DNA of 64,000 nucleotides from Planctomycetota bacterium (GTDB lineage Bacteria > Planctomycetota > UBA11346), in contig JBBRLJ010000006.1 of NCBI GenBank assembly GCA_038231435.1, forward strand, positions 61,359-125,358, given 5' to 3'. The position numbers and the translations under genes were made by a program. Positions within the stretch are counted from its first letter, which is position 1; the number at the start of each line of letters is the position of its first letter. Positions 1 through 13,326 of the stretch are shown piece by piece. The notes below the pieces were generated by a model. It saw only the letters and a list, made by a program, of their open reading frames with translations, had not been told where the DNA came from and ran no database searches.

Positions 1-585
1 GTGATGATCCTGCTCGCCAGCCGGAGTCCGCAACGGGCGCTGCTGCTCGAACGGGCCGGCCTCGCCTTCGGCGTCGTCGCTTCGAGCGCCGACGAGGAGC
101 TGGTGTCGGCGGCCGATCCCGACGCGCTCGCCCTGGCGCGAGCCCGCGACAAGGCGCGTCAGGCCCAGGTCGTCGATGGCCTGGCGCTGGGCGCCGACAC
201 CGTGGTGGCCCTGGGCGAGCGCGATTTCGGCAAGCCGCGCGATCGCGCCGATGCCGAGCGCATCCTCGCGTCGCTCGCGGGCACCACCCATCGCGTCATC
301 ACCGGGCACTGGTTTTCGCGCTTCTCCGGAGGCAGGGTGGTGGGCGAGGCCGGCGAGACCGCCACCACCTGGGTGTCGATGCGCGCGATGAGCCTGGCGC
401 AGATCCGCGCCTACGTGGACACCGGCGAGAGCGACGGCCGCGCCGGCGCCTATGCCATCCAGGAGAGCGGTGACCGCTTCGTCGAGGATCTCGACGGCGC
501 CTGGGACACGGTGGTCGGCCTGCACCTGCCCGCGGTGGTGCGCCTGCACCAGCTGGTGGCGGGCAAGCCACCGACACGCGCCTGA
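1..585 (+). CDS. maf: Maf family nucleoside-triphosphate pyrophosphatase
   Basis: ILLASRSPQR, GADTVV, GKPRD, HRVITG, AGAYAIQ and VVGL motifs; the start lies at the window edge. Confidence 0.9.
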   Translation: MMILLASRSPQRALLLERAGLAFGVVASSADEELVSAADPDALALARARDKARQAQVVDGLALGADTVVALGERDFGKPRDRADAERILASLAGTTHRVITGHWFSRFSGGRVVGEAGETATTWVSMRAMSLAQIRAYVDTGESDGRAGAYAIQESGDRFVEDLDGAWDTVVGLHLPAVVRLHQLVAGKPPTRA

Positions 586-706
586 GCACCACCGCTCTGG
601 CCTGGCCGAGCGAACGCCGCCGGTTGAACCCGTCGGCCCCCCTCGCACCATCCGCGCCGGCGTCGGAGACCCGTCGGTAAGCGGCAGTCAGCGCGGAGGA
701 ATGGCC

Positions 707-1993
707 ATGGAACGATGTGCGATCGGCCTGATCGGCTGGGGTACCGTCGGCACGGGTGTCGTCGACATCCTCGCTCGCGACGCGGCGGTGATCAGCGAAC
801 GCTGCGGGCTGGACCTGTACATCAAGACCATCGTCACGCGCTCACCCGCCCGCCGGCGCGAACAATCGCCCGGCGCGGCCACGGTTACTTCCGATATCCA
901 GGTGCTGCTGCGCGATCCGGAAATCGCCACCGTCATCCACCTGGTCGGCGGCACCACGGACGCGCGCACCCTCTGCCTGCAGTGCATTTCTGCGGGTAAA
1001 AACGTGGTTACCGCCAACAAGGCGATGCTCGCCGAGCATGGCGACGAGATCTTCGCCGCGGCCGCGGAGCGCGGCGTCGGCATCGCCTTCGAGGCCGCGG
1101 TCGCCGGTGGCATCCCGGTGATCGCCGCGCTGCGCGACGGCCTGGTGGCCAACCGCATCCAGGCGATCTACGCCATCCTCAACGGCACCTGCAACTTCAT
1201 CCTCACCAAGATGGAGTCGGAGGGAAAGGGCTACCAGGAGGCCCTGGCCGAGGCGCAGAAGCTCGGCTACGCGGAATCCGATCCCACCCTGGACGTCGAC
1301 GGCACCGATACCGCCCACAAGCTCGCCCTGCTCGCGCGCATTGCCTTCAACGCTCGCATCCCCGTAGTCAAGGTGCGGGTCGAGGGCATTCAGAACCTCG
1401 GTTTCCTCGACATCCGCTCGGCGAAGACCATGGGCGCGCGCATCAAGCTGATCGCCGCCGCTCGGCATCGGCCCGAGGGGCTGGAGCTGCGAGTCGCGCC
1501 GACGCTGGTGCCGCTCGACCACCCCCTCGCCGACGTCAGCAAGAACTACAACGGCATCTACATCGTGGGCGACGCCGCTGGCCCCACCCTGCTGGTCGGG
1601 CAGGGCGCTGGCGCGCTGCCCACCGCGAGCGCGGTGCTCGCCGACGTGGTCGATGTCGCGAGCGGCCGTTACCAGCATACCGCCAGCCGCTTCGCCTTCT
1701 TCCGCGGCGGCAAGGACATCAATTTCCTCCCCGAGAGCGAGGAATACACCGGCAGCTACGCCCGGTTTGCAGTGCCGGACCGTGCTGGCGTGCTAGCGGG
1801 CATCAGCAATGTCCTGAGTGCCCATGGCGTCAGCGTGCTGAGCATCCACCAGGGTGAGCCTGATGAAGCCGGCAGCGCTCTTATAGAGGTAGTAACACAC
1901 CCCGTCCGCGGCGGGTCCTTTTTGACCGCTGTTGAGGCCATAGACTCCTCTGGCCTGACCCTCAAGCCCACCGTCACCCTCCGGCGCCTATGA
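707..1993 (+). CDS. hom: Homoserine dehydrogenase with C-terminal ACT domain
   Basis: GWGTVG Rossmann motif, VVTANK, FEAAVAGGIP, ILNGTCNFIL, GYAESDPTLDVDG, GAGALPTASAV; ACT 'DRAGVLAGIS'; GGAGGA at 695-700. Confidence 0.95.
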   Translation: MERCAIGLIGWGTVGTGVVDILARDAAVISERCGLDLYIKTIVTRSPARRREQSPGAATVTSDIQVLLRDPEIATVIHLVGGTTDARTLCLQCISAGKNVVTANKAMLAEHGDEIFAAAAERGVGIAFEAAVAGGIPVIAALRDGLVANRIQAIYAILNGTCNFILTKMESEGKGYQEALAEAQKLGYAESDPTLDVDGTDTAHKLALLARIAFNARIPVVKVRVEGIQNLGFLDIRSAKTMGARIKLIAAARHRPEGLELRVAPTLVPLDHPLADVSKNYNGIYIVGDAAGPTLLVGQGAGALPTASAVLADVVDVASGRYQHTASRFAFFRGGKDINFLPESEEYTGSYARFAVPDRAGVLAGISNVLSAHGVSVLSIHQGEPDEAGSALIEVVTHPVRGGSFLTAVEAIDSSGLTLKPTVTLRRL

Positions 1994-2009
1994 TGTTCCA
2001 CGTGGAACC
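1994..2009. promoter_or_regulatory. parS centromere-like site 1 (TGTTCCACGTGGAACC)
   Basis: Near-perfect 16-bp palindrome matching the chromosomal parS consensus TGTTNCACGTGAAACA, directly upstream of parA. Confidence 0.9.
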
Positions 2010-2020
2010 TTGCGGCTCGT

Positions 2021-2036
2021 GGTTCCACGTGGAACC
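2021..2036. promoter_or_regulatory. parS centromere-like site 2 (GGTTCCACGTGGAACC)
   Basis: Perfect 16-bp palindrome 9 bp before the parA ATG. Confidence 0.9.
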
Positions 2037-2045
2037 TTCTCGCCC

Positions 2046-2780
2046 ATGACTCGGGTGGTTGCCGTTTCGAATCAAAAGGGCGGCGTGGGAAAGACCACGT
2101 CGGTGGTGAATCTCGCGGGCTATTGCGCGCTGGCAGGCAAGCGTGTCCTGGTCGTTGACAACGATCCCCAGGGAAACGCCTCAAGCGTACTCGCTCAAGG
2201 GCTGGGTGACAAATCCGTCTATAGTGGCCAGGCGCCCATCCAGTCGCGCATGAGTGGCTTGGCGGTCATTCCGGCGAGTCGGGATTTGAACGAGCGAGAA
2301 CGCTCTCTGTCTGGAGGGGACGGCCGCCTCTCCCTCCGTCGGGCTCTCGCCCCCTATGTGGCTAGCTTCGACATCATCTTGATCGATTGCCCTCCAAACC
2401 TGTCCTTGTTGCCCATCAATGCCCTGCTCGCGGCTGATCGGCTGCTGCTGCCCCTCCAGTGCGAGTACTTCGCGATGGAGGGCATGGCTCAGCTCCTGGC
2501 CTTCATGGAGGATCTCCGCGACGAACAAACTGCCGCCGTTGAGCTCCTGGGCATCCTGTTGACCATGCACGACGCCGGACATCCTCTCTGCCGACAGGTC
2601 GAGACCGACATCCGCGCGCATTTCGGTGAGAGGACCTTTGCGACGACCATTCCCAGGGATGTCAGTTTGGCCGCGGCTCCCAGCCATGGTCAGACCATCG
2701 GCGAGTATGAACCGTTGAGTCCAGGCGGAATCGCCTACCTTGCCGCAGCGAAGGAGCTGATCGATGGGCTTGAGCGATAG
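2046..2780 (+). CDS. parA: Chromosome partitioning ATPase ParA/Soj
   Basis: NQKGGVGKTT deviant Walker A, DNDPQGNAS, IDCPP, PLQCEYFAMEG. Confidence 0.95.
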   Translation: MTRVVAVSNQKGGVGKTTSVVNLAGYCALAGKRVLVVDNDPQGNASSVLAQGLGDKSVYSGQAPIQSRMSGLAVIPASRDLNERERSLSGGDGRLSLRRALAPYVASFDIILIDCPPNLSLLPINALLAADRLLLPLQCEYFAMEGMAQLLAFMEDLRDEQTAAVELLGILLTMHDAGHPLCRQVETDIRAHFGERTFATTIPRDVSLAAAPSHGQTIGEYEPLSPGGIAYLAAAKELIDGLER

Positions 2781-3651
2781 CGGCCTCGGTCGCAGTGTCA
2801 GCGACGTGCTGGCGAAGACCATGCGTCGGTCCGAGCCCTCGAAGGGCTACTTCGAGGTCGATATTGGTCTATTAACCCCTCCAAAGGGCAATCCCCGCAC
2901 CGATTTCGATCGTGCGGCTTTGGAGGAGCTCGCCGCCAGCATCCGCCTCCATGGCATCCTGCAGCCCATCGTGGTCATGAAGCGCGAGGTGGGCTATGAA
3001 ATCCTTTCCGGTGAACGTCGGTACCGAGCGGCAAAGCTCGCTGGCTTGGCCAAAGTGCCTGTGGTCGTGCGCGAGGAGGACAATCCGCAACACCTCGCTG
3101 AGCTCCGCCTCGTCGAGAACATCCAGCGCGAAAATCTTAATCCCATAGAACTTGCGGCCGCTTACAAGTCCCTGCTCGAGCTCCATCACCTCACTCACGA
3201 TGATTTGGCCGCCAGGGTCAATAAGGACCGCAGCAGCGTCACCAACGCGATGCGCTTGCTGACTCTCCCCGAGCGGATCCGTCAGCTGGTCGCCAATGGC
3301 AGCTTGACCCTCGGTCACGCCAAGGCCCTGCTCTCGTGCGAGGACCTGGCCTGGCAGACGAGCCTCTGCGACCGCATCGTCGGGGACGGGCTGTCGGTCC
3401 GCGAAGCCGAACGCCTGGCGAAAGAGGGGGCGCCCAAGGCGGTCGCGGCGCCGGCCGAGAAGCCCTCGCACATCCGCGAGCTCGAGGGCAATCTCTTCCG
3501 CCTGCTCGGTACCCGCGTGGTGGTGAAAGAGAAAGGCGGCAAGGGCACGCTCTCCCTGCGCTTCGACAGCAAGGACCAGTTCCAGCGCGTCGTCGCGATC
3601 ATGGAGCGCTTCGTCAAGCAGGCCTCGCTCGAAGACAAGCCGCCAAAGTAG
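2764..3651 (+). CDS. parB: Chromosome partitioning protein ParB/Spo0J
   Basis: GLGR N-terminal motif, [41 protein letters not shown]; overlaps parA stop. Confidence 0.95.
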   Translation: MGLSDSGLGRSVSDVLAKTMRRSEPSKGYFEVDIGLLTPPKGNPRTDFDRAALEELAASIRLHGILQPIVVMKREVGYEILSGERRYRAAKLAGLAKVPVVVREEDNPQHLAELRLVENIQRENLNPIELAAAYKSLLELHHLTHDDLAARVNKDRSSVTNAMRLLTLPERIRQLVANGSLTLGHAKALLSCEDLAWQTSLCDRIVGDGLSVREAERLAKEGAPKAVAAPAEKPSHIRELEGNLFRLLGTRVVVKEKGGKGTLSLRFDSKDQFQRVVAIMERFVKQASLEDKPPK

Positions 3652-3779
3652 TCGGCAGCCCGGGGCCTCTGGCAGGTGGCGCTGGGCGAAGCTCCTGCCG
3701 CCTGGAAGGCCCTCCGCCGCATAGCGTCGAAATGAGATGAGATGAGCGAAGCGAGGTCGGCGACGGCGCCGCCAGGCCG

Positions 3780-4001
3780 TCAGTGGCAGCCGCAGGCGGA
3801 CTCGGCGCACGCTTCCAGCGCGACGCGAGAGACCTCGAGGATGCACACCCAGGTCACCGGATCGGTCATGACGTCGATGGTCGCCGTCGCGGGAGTCAGC
3901 AGGGTCTTGCCGCTGATCTCCGCGACATGCCGGGCCTGGTAGGCGAACGCGCTATCGCGGCGCTCGGTCCACGGATGCGACCACATGCTGCGCGGGTGCA
4001 T
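3780..4001 (-). CDS. Small hypothetical protein with Cys/His-rich C-terminus (CAESACGCH)
   Basis: 73-aa ORF whose ATG is 6 nt downstream of a TTGACA-16nt-TACATT promoter-like sequence. Confidence 0.5.
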   Translation of the reverse strand: MHPRSMWSHPWTERRDSAFAYQARHVAEISGKTLLTPATATIDVMTDPVTWVCILEVSRVALEACAESACGCH

Positions 4002-4007
4002 GAGCCA

Positions 4008-4035
4008 AATGTAGCCATTCGTTAACTTATGTCAA
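4008..4035 (-). promoter_or_regulatory. Sigma70-like promoter (TTGACA 4035-4030; TACATT 4013-4008) overlapped by the imperfect palindrome TTGAC-N4-GTTAA
   Basis: Direct reading; AT-rich island in GC-rich DNA. Confidence 0.55.
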
Positions 4036-4052
4036 TCCTCGGATGGGGTCTG

Positions 4053-4089
4053 GAAACGAAGAACCCCCGGGAACGACTCCCCGGGGGTC
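4053..4089 (-). terminator. Rho-independent terminator of ppdK
   Basis: ACCCCCGGG/CCCGGGGGT stem followed on the minus strand by TTCTTCGTTT. Confidence 0.75.
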
Positions 4090-4114
4090 TAGCGGGCCTC
4101 TGGAAGGCGTTCGA

Positions 4115-7066
<2,952 letters not shown>

Positions 7067-7176
7067 GTGCGGATCCTTTGCTCGGGAAATTGCCGACACG
7101 GGCGCGGGGGGCGCCCGTCGGAAGGGTCTGGCACGATAGGGAGCGATCGGCTGCGGTCAACGCGCGCTCACGACGA

Positions 7177-8418
7177 TTATGCGCCCTCGGCGAGCATCGC
7201 GCGGGCTAGCGCGATGCCCTCGTCCCGGCTCCGGAAACGACCCTCCAGTTGGGCGTCTTCGAGCCTCGCCAGGGTCTCGCCGAGCCGTGGCCCGGGACGG
7301 ACGCCGAGCTCGATGAGGTCCGCGGCGCGGATGGACGGCTTCCAATCGGGCTCGGTCGCCTCGCGCGCGAGCGCGGCCTCGAGGGCTGTGGTCGCCTCTG
7401 CGGCCGGTGCGCTGGCGCGCGCAGCCTGCAGCAGCAGGGGGGCCGAGGGATCGCGGGCCAGGCGCCGGCCCTGGGCGACCGGCAGCGCCATGAAGCCGTC
7501 GAGCGCGCGCAGCCGCTCGACCAGCCAGGATACCTGGCGCACGAACGCCTTCTGGAGCGGCATCGCGGCGAGCCACGCCGCGCTCGCCCGCGGCCCGGTC
7601 GGCGCCAGCCACACCGCAGCCTTGGCTGGCAGGGCCGCATCATCGGCGATGGCGTCGAGCGCGCGTCCGAGCCGTTCCGACTCCGCCTCGGACAGCTCGG
7701 CGACCGGCGGGCACAGTTCGCGCAGCTTGCCGCTACGCGTCAGCAACACGAGCCACGCGCTACGATGCTGCCCGCCCAGCGCCTTGAACCACTCCTGCAC
7801 CAGCCGTTCGCCGCTGAGCCCCGCGAGCGGAGTAGCGACGATCGCCCGCCAGGTCTCGGGTTCGATCTCGAGCCCGAGCGCGGCGGCGAAGCGCAGCCCG
7901 CGCAGCACCCGCAGGCGGTCCTCGCGCAGGCGCGCCGCGGCGTCACCCACCGCACGCAGCAGCCGTGCGCGCAGATCCGCCAAGCCCCCGACATGATCGA
8001 AGACGAGCCCCGAGAGGGGGTCCAAGAGCAGTGCATTCACCGTGAAATCTCGGCGTTCCACGTCATCGCGCGCGGTCCCGTAAGTGACGCCCACCGGCCG
8101 ACGGCCATCGATGTATGCACCGTCATGGCGAAAGGTCGCGACCTCGATGTTCGCACCGCTCGGCGCGACCACGATGATCACCCCGAAGCTCTTGCCGACG
8201 GCCACGGTGCGCGGGAACAACGCCTCGACCCGCTCGGGCGGAGCGTCGGTGGCGATGTCGATGTCCTTCACCGCGCGCGCCAACAGCAGATCGCGCACGC
8301 ACCCGCCGACGTACCACGCCTCGTGGCCCGCCATGCGCAACGTCTCCGCCACCGCGCGCGCCTCCTCCCACGGCGCCCCGCTGGGCAACGCCACGATTGT
8401 CGGTTGCGGGTTGCTCAT
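7177..8418 (-). CDS. cca: CCA-adding tRNA nucleotidyltransferase / poly(A) polymerase family
   Basis: VGGCVRD, DIDIAT, EVATFR, RRDFTVNAL, EDRLRVLRGLRF, ERLVQEW; C-terminal G..PGP..G..L motif. Confidence 0.85.
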   Translation of the reverse strand: MSNPQPTIVALPSGAPWEEARAVAETLRMAGHEAWYVGGCVRDLLLARAVKDIDIATDAPPERVEALFPRTVAVGKSFGVIIVVAPSGANIEVATFRHDGAYIDGRRPVGVTYGTARDDVERRDFTVNALLLDPLSGLVFDHVGGLADLRARLLRAVGDAAARLREDRLRVLRGLRFAAALGLEIEPETWRAIVATPLAGLSGERLVQEWFKALGGQHRSAWLVLLTRSGKLRELCPPVAELSEAESERLGRALDAIADDAALPAKAAVWLAPTGPRASAAWLAAMPLQKAFVRQVSWLVERLRALDGFMALPVAQGRRLARDPSAPLLLQAARASAPAAEATTALEAALAREATEPDWKPSIRAADLIELGVRPGPRLGETLARLEDAQLEGRFRSRDEGIALARAMLAEGA

Positions 8419-8587
8419 GATCCCAGCTTGTACGGCCACTAACTCAGGGAAATGCGCGTCTTCCCTCGCAGGCGAGGACCGTTATCGACATCGAGGCCGA
8501 GTCGGCGACGCCGAAACGTTGGCAGCGACAGCGTGAACGCCCGAGACGACTCCGACGTCGTCGACAACGGCCGCAGCTGCCCGCAGC

Positions 8588-9733
8588 TCAGGACGGCAGG
8601 CTGATCGGCATGATCAGATACGTCGCGCCCGGCTCGCGCATGATCAGGCCGCGCGACAGTTCGACGGTGATGCGTTCTGATTTGTACACGCGCAGCACGT
8701 CGCTGAGATACTGGGAATTGATGCCCAGTTTGTTCGCCGCACCTGAATACGTGCAGGTCACCGGGATGCGCGCGCTGCCGTTGGTGTAGTTCAGGTTCGA
8801 GAACACCGCCTGATCGTGCTCGAGCGTGAGCACGATGCCGCGGCTGGTCTGATTGGTCATCAGCGCGGCGCGGCGCACCGCCGAGGCGAGCTCGCCGGCC
8901 TGGAAGGTGACGCTGGTCGCGGTCGATGCGGGCAGGGCGTTGCGGTAGGCGGGGAAATTGCCTTCGACCAGGCGGCTGGTGAGCTCGACCTGCAGGCCGG
9001 TCGCCATGATCAGGCGCACGAACACGAGTTTTCCCGCGAACGCGAGATCGACCTGATCGGGCTGGGTCGAGCCGAGGATGCGCTGGAGATGGCTGATGGT
9101 GATCGCTGGAACCACGGCCTGCACCGCTTCGCCGCTGAAGCTCTCCTTCTTTTCGATCGCCTCGCACAGCACCTTGCCATCGGTTGCGGCGAGCACGAGT
9201 TCGCCGTTGCCGACCGAGATGTACATGCCGGAGAGCACCGCGCTGGTGCGGTCCTTGTCCATGGCGAACACGGTCTGGCGGACCATCTCCTCGAAACGCG
9301 CGCCGTTGATCGCCGTCGAACGCACGTCGGTCGGGAAGAACGACACCGGCGGGAAGGTCTCGCCGACGATGGCCGGAATCTGGTAATCGCCGTCGCCGAG
9401 CGCGATATGCAGCAGGCTCTGCTCACCCTTGCCCTCGAGCGTCAGCGACACCGACTGCGACGAGGACTCCTTGAGGATCACCGCCAGCTGCCTGGCCTGG
9501 ACCACGGCCTGGCCTGATCCGCGCACCTGGACCTTGCGCACCATGCTGCGCAGACCGACCTGCAGATCGGTGGCGACGATCTCGAGATGGTCATCCTTGG
9601 CATCGAGCAGCAGGTTGGTGAGGATCGGCTTGGTGCTGTTCGAAGGCACGACCGCATCCGCGGCTTGGATGGCCGCCAACAGGTGGTCACGATCGCACTG
9701 GAGGTTCAGTGCCTTGAGGACAGATGGTTCCAT
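8588..9733 (-). CDS. dnaN: DNA polymerase III beta sliding clamp
   Basis: PILTNLLL, ATDLQ, ATDGK, SRLVEGNFPAY, NSQYLSD and C-terminal LIMPI motifs; 381 aa. Confidence 0.93.
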   Translation of the reverse strand: MEPSVLKALNLQCDRDHLLAAIQAADAVVPSNSTKPILTNLLLDAKDDHLEIVATDLQVGLRSMVRKVQVRGSGQAVVQARQLAVILKESSSQSVSLTLEGKGEQSLLHIALGDGDYQIPAIVGETFPPVSFFPTDVRSTAINGARFEEMVRQTVFAMDKDRTSAVLSGMYISVGNGELVLAATDGKVLCEAIEKKESFSGEAVQAVVPAITISHLQRILGSTQPDQVDLAFAGKLVFVRLIMATGLQVELTSRLVEGNFPAYRNALPASTATSVTFQAGELASAVRRAALMTNQTSRGIVLTLEHDQAVFSNLNYTNGSARIPVTCTYSGAANKLGINSQYLSDVLRVYKSERITVELSRGLIMREPGATYLIMPISLPS

Positions 9734-10005
9734 AGGTGTTTAGGACTCTATTCCTCTTATTCCCTCTGCCACGACTAAAGCGGCTAAAACCATGCAAGCC
9801 GGAACGATCCGAGGACTTAGCCAAGTCGAAGGAGTTGTCGGCCCGTGCGCGCGAGCGTGCCGCTTTCCGACGCTTCCGACGGACCGGCTCGTCGGAGGAC
9901 TCGCGAATGGCTGAAGCTCGCGCTTTTAGCCGGCGTCTGGCGTGCCGCTGTCGGGCTATCGTCGTGGTCCTTGAGTATGCTCCCGAGCGCATGGATACTG
10001 CCTCC

Positions 10006-10545
10006 ATGCACGGTGTCAGGATCCTCGCGTGGCTGGTGATCGGAAGCGGAGCACTTGGCTCGGCCGGCTGCCTGCAGACCCTGGTCGGCGCGATGATCGC
10101 TCCCGAGAGCGTGGCCGCCGCTGGCGCCTCCGGAGGCGTCAACGCCCTCGCCTCGGCGGTCTCGGGCGAAGACCTCGGCTCGATGACCGACGTGGCATCG
10201 ACCGCCGCGGACATCGACCGCATCCTCGCCGCCCATCCCGATGCCGTGAATCGCCCGGAGCTGGAGGCTCTGAGGGATGAACTGAAGATGAAATCCATGC
10301 CGGAAGCCGCGCACCATCGCGAAGGCTCCGCCGCCGCCGAACCCGACCGGCTTGCCGAGCGCGACCGCCGCGTCACCGTGCCGATCGACCACGACATGCA
10401 GCCAGACGCCCTGGTGATCGAGACGCCACCGCCGCGCAAGCGCGGACCGTCCAAGGGGCCCGAGGCCTTCCCCGAGCCCACCAACCTCGATTGCTGGCAG
10501 CCCCAGTGGCACGTGCTCGACACGGAGCCCGTCCGGCTGCGCTGA
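10006..10545 (+). CDS. Hypothetical lipoprotein
   Basis: Hydrophobic N-terminus ending in lipobox-like GSAGC; start uncertain (9991 or 10006). Confidence 0.55.
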   Translation: MHGVRILAWLVIGSGALGSAGCLQTLVGAMIAPESVAAAGASGGVNALASAVSGEDLGSMTDVASTAADIDRILAAHPDAVNRPELEALRDELKMKSMPEAAHHREGSAAAEPDRLAERDRRVTVPIDHDMQPDALVIETPPPRKRGPSKGPEAFPEPTNLDCWQPQWHVLDTEPVRLR

Positions 10546-10709
10546 ATTGCGGGGGCTTTGCCCCCGGCCCCCCACGTCCTTTATCGCCCGTCATCCTGGC
10601 CCAGCGGTCCAGGATGTTTGCGTGATGGGCTCCGCCCATTGTTCACGCAAACCGGGTCTCGGCGGCCGGCGGCTTCAGCCCCGGTTTGTTGGGAGAATAT
10701 GGGAGAAGC

Positions 10710-11231
10710 TCAAGCGGGCTTGACGGCTTCTGACGGGCCGTCGAGGGCGATCACGTCCATCAGGTTCATGCGCACCTGATCCTCCTCGGCGGCGTTCATG
10801 CCCGGATCGCGCAGGCGGTGGACCACACCCCGGGGACGGTCCTCGAGCAGCAGGAAGGTGCCGCTGGACTCCTTCAGCACCGATAACACGTGCAATTTGC
10901 GCATGCGCGCGAGGCACAGGGCGACGACATAGCAGAAGCATTGGCTCGGGCGGTCCTTCGCGTCCTTCAGATCGGCGAAGATGCGGCCGAGCGACACCGC
11001 GTCGAGCTTGAGGGCGCGGCGCTTGCGGTCGGGCTGGGGCACCGACTGGCGCCACCAGCTGAGGAAGGCCGCGGGATCCTGGGCAGGCCAGGCCTCGGCC
11101 GAGAAATCGCTGCGCGCGAACAGCCCGTGGGTCAGGCGCAGGGCCGAGAAGAAGGTCTCTCCTGGGGCCAGGGCCCGCGCGGTGGCCGCGCACACCAATT
11201 TCGGCTGTTCGATCTTGCCGTCCCACTCCAT
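10710..11231 (-). CDS. Conserved hypothetical protein (CAATxRxLxPGE...RxDFSxEAW...WW type, recalled from planctomycetes)
   Basis: AGGAG RBS before MEWDGK; protein-like composition. Confidence 0.7.
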   Translation of the reverse strand: MEWDGKIEQPKLVCAATARALAPGETFFSALRLTHGLFARSDFSAEAWPAQDPAAFLSWWRQSVPQPDRKRRALKLDAVSLGRIFADLKDAKDRPSQCFCYVVALCLARMRKLHVLSVLKESSGTFLLLEDRPRGVVHRLRDPGMNAAEEDQVRMNLMDVIALDGPSEAVKPA

Positions 11232-11375
11232 GCGCCGGCTCCTGCCGCAGCCTAGCGCGCAGTGGCAACGGACAACTCCCGTCATCCGATGGCCGATACG
11301 CCACGGGATGACCGAGCGCGGAGACCCGGGCCGGAAGGGATTCCCAAGCGCCCTCGCGCGGAGATGATGCGAGCG

Positions 11376-13211
11376 ATGGCCCCCACCATACATGCCGGCG
11401 TGAGCCGCTGGGTCGACGAGATCACCGCGCTGTGCGCTCCGTCGCGCGTGCACTGGTGCGATGGCTCCGAAGGCGAATACCGGAGCCTCTGCGACCGCCT
11501 GGTCGCCGCAGGCACCTTCACGCCGCTCGCCGCGCGGCCGCGCAGCTACGTATGTCGCACCCACCCCAGCGATACCGCGCGCGTCGAGGACCGCACCTTC
11601 ATCTGCAGTCTCAAGAAAGAGGATGCGGGCCCCACCAACCACTGGGCTGAACCGCTCGCCATGAAGCAGACACTGCTGGCGAAGTTCCGTGGCAGCATGG
11701 CCGGGCGCACCATGTACGTGATCCCCTTCTGCATGGGCCCGCTCGGCTCGCCGCTCTCGCGCATCGGCGTCGAGATCACCGATTCCGCCTACGTCGCGGT
11801 CAGCATGCGCGCGATGACGCGCATGGGCGCCGGAGTGCTCCGACAGTTGGAGAAGCAGGGAAAGCCGGGCGCTGAAAGCGCCTTCGTGCCATGTCTGCAT
11901 TCACTCGGCGCTCCGCTCGCCCCCGGCCAGCTCGACGTGCCGTGGCCGTGCGCGCCCGATCCGGCGGATAAGTACATCGTGCATTTCCCCGACGATCCCA
12001 GCATCTGGTCGTTCGGATCCGGATACGGCGGCAACGCCCTGCTCGGCAAGAAGTGCCTCGCCCTGCGCATCGCCTCGACGCTCGCGCGGCGCGAGGGCTG
12101 GATGGCCGAGCACATGCTCATCCTGTCGCTGACCTCGCCCGCGGGCGCGACCCGCTATATCACCGCCGCCTTCCCGAGCGCCTGCGGCAAGACCAATCTC
12201 GCCATGCTGACGCCGAGCCTGCCTGGCTGGACGGTGCGCTGCGTCGGCGACGACATTGCCTGGATGCACGTCGGGCCCGATGGGATGTTGCGCGCGGTGA
12301 ATCCCGAGGCCGGCTTCTTCGGCGTCGCGCCGGGGACCTCCGAGCATTCGAACCCGAACGCGATGGCGAGCATCCGCAGCGACACCATCTTCACCAACGT
12401 CGCGACCACGCCCGACGGCGACGTGTGGTGGGAAGGGATGACCGAGGCTCCGCCCGCCGGGCTGGTGGATTGGCACGGCAAGCCGTGGGATCCGGGCAGC
12501 GGGGAGCCGGCGGCGCAACCCAACGCGCGCTTCACGGTGCCCATCGCGCACTGCCCGGTGCTCGATCCGCACTGGGACGATCCCGAGGGCGTGCCGATCT
12601 CGGCGATCGTCTTCGGCGGGCGGCGTCCCGGCACCATCCCGCTGGTGAACGAGGCCCTGTCGTGGGAGCACGGCGTCTTCCTCGGCTCGACCATCGCCTC
12701 AGAGACCACCGCGGCGAGCACGCAGCAGACCGGCGTGCTCCGCCGTGACCCGTTCGCCATGTTCCCGTTCTGCGGCTACCACATGGGCGACTACTTCGCC
12801 CACTGGTTGGCCATGGGCCGGGCGCTTGGCGCAAACGCACCGCGCGTGTTCTGCGTCAATTGGTTCCGCAAGGATGCGGCCGGGCACTACCTGTGGCCGG
12901 GATACGGCGAGAACATCCGCGTGCTGAAGTGGATGTGCGAGCGCATGGACGGCGAGGACGTGGCCGAGCGCACCGACATCGGCTGGCTGCCCAAGGCCGG
13001 GTCGCTCGATCTCTCCGGCCTCGAGCTATCCGAGACGACGAAGAACGACCTGCGCGCCGTCGACAAGGACGGCTGGCGCCGCGAAGTCCACGCCGTCTCC
13101 GACCATTACGCCAAGTTCGAGCCCCGCCTGCCCGCCGCCCTGGCCGGCGAGCTGCGCGCCCTCAAGCAGCGGCTCGGCATCCTGAGCCACCGCATCGGCG
13201 TGCAGCCGTGA
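11376..13211 (+). CDS. pckG: Phosphoenolpyruvate carboxykinase (GTP)
   Basis: [70 protein letters not shown]; alternative starts 11364/11367. Confidence 0.96.
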   Translation: MAPTIHAGVSRWVDEITALCAPSRVHWCDGSEGEYRSLCDRLVAAGTFTPLAARPRSYVCRTHPSDTARVEDRTFICSLKKEDAGPTNHWAEPLAMKQTLLAKFRGSMAGRTMYVIPFCMGPLGSPLSRIGVEITDSAYVAVSMRAMTRMGAGVLRQLEKQGKPGAESAFVPCLHSLGAPLAPGQLDVPWPCAPDPADKYIVHFPDDPSIWSFGSGYGGNALLGKKCLALRIASTLARREGWMAEHMLILSLTSPAGATRYITAAFPSACGKTNLAMLTPSLPGWTVRCVGDDIAWMHVGPDGMLRAVNPEAGFFGVAPGTSEHSNPNAMASIRSDTIFTNVATTPDGDVWWEGMTEAPPAGLVDWHGKPWDPGSGEPAAQPNARFTVPIAHCPVLDPHWDDPEGVPISAIVFGGRRPGTIPLVNEALSWEHGVFLGSTIASETTAASTQQTGVLRRDPFAMFPFCGYHMGDYFAHWLAMGRALGANAPRVFCVNWFRKDAAGHYLWPGYGENIRVLKWMCERMDGEDVAERTDIGWLPKAGSLDLSGLELSETTKNDLRAVDKDGWRREVHAVSDHYAKFEPRLPAALAGELRALKQRLGILSHRIGVQP

Positions 13212-13326
13212 TCCCGATCCGGTCTCGCCGGCAACGCCCCGCGCTCCCGCGCGTATGCCTTGGACGGGGCGTAACCTTATGGCGGAACACGACCGAAACC
13301 CCTTGCCGGCTGACGTGGAGCATCGC

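Noticed and set aside
9734..9990. Possible oriC upstream of dnaN
   Set aside because: Only mildly AT-rich, and no convincing DnaA-box cluster was seen
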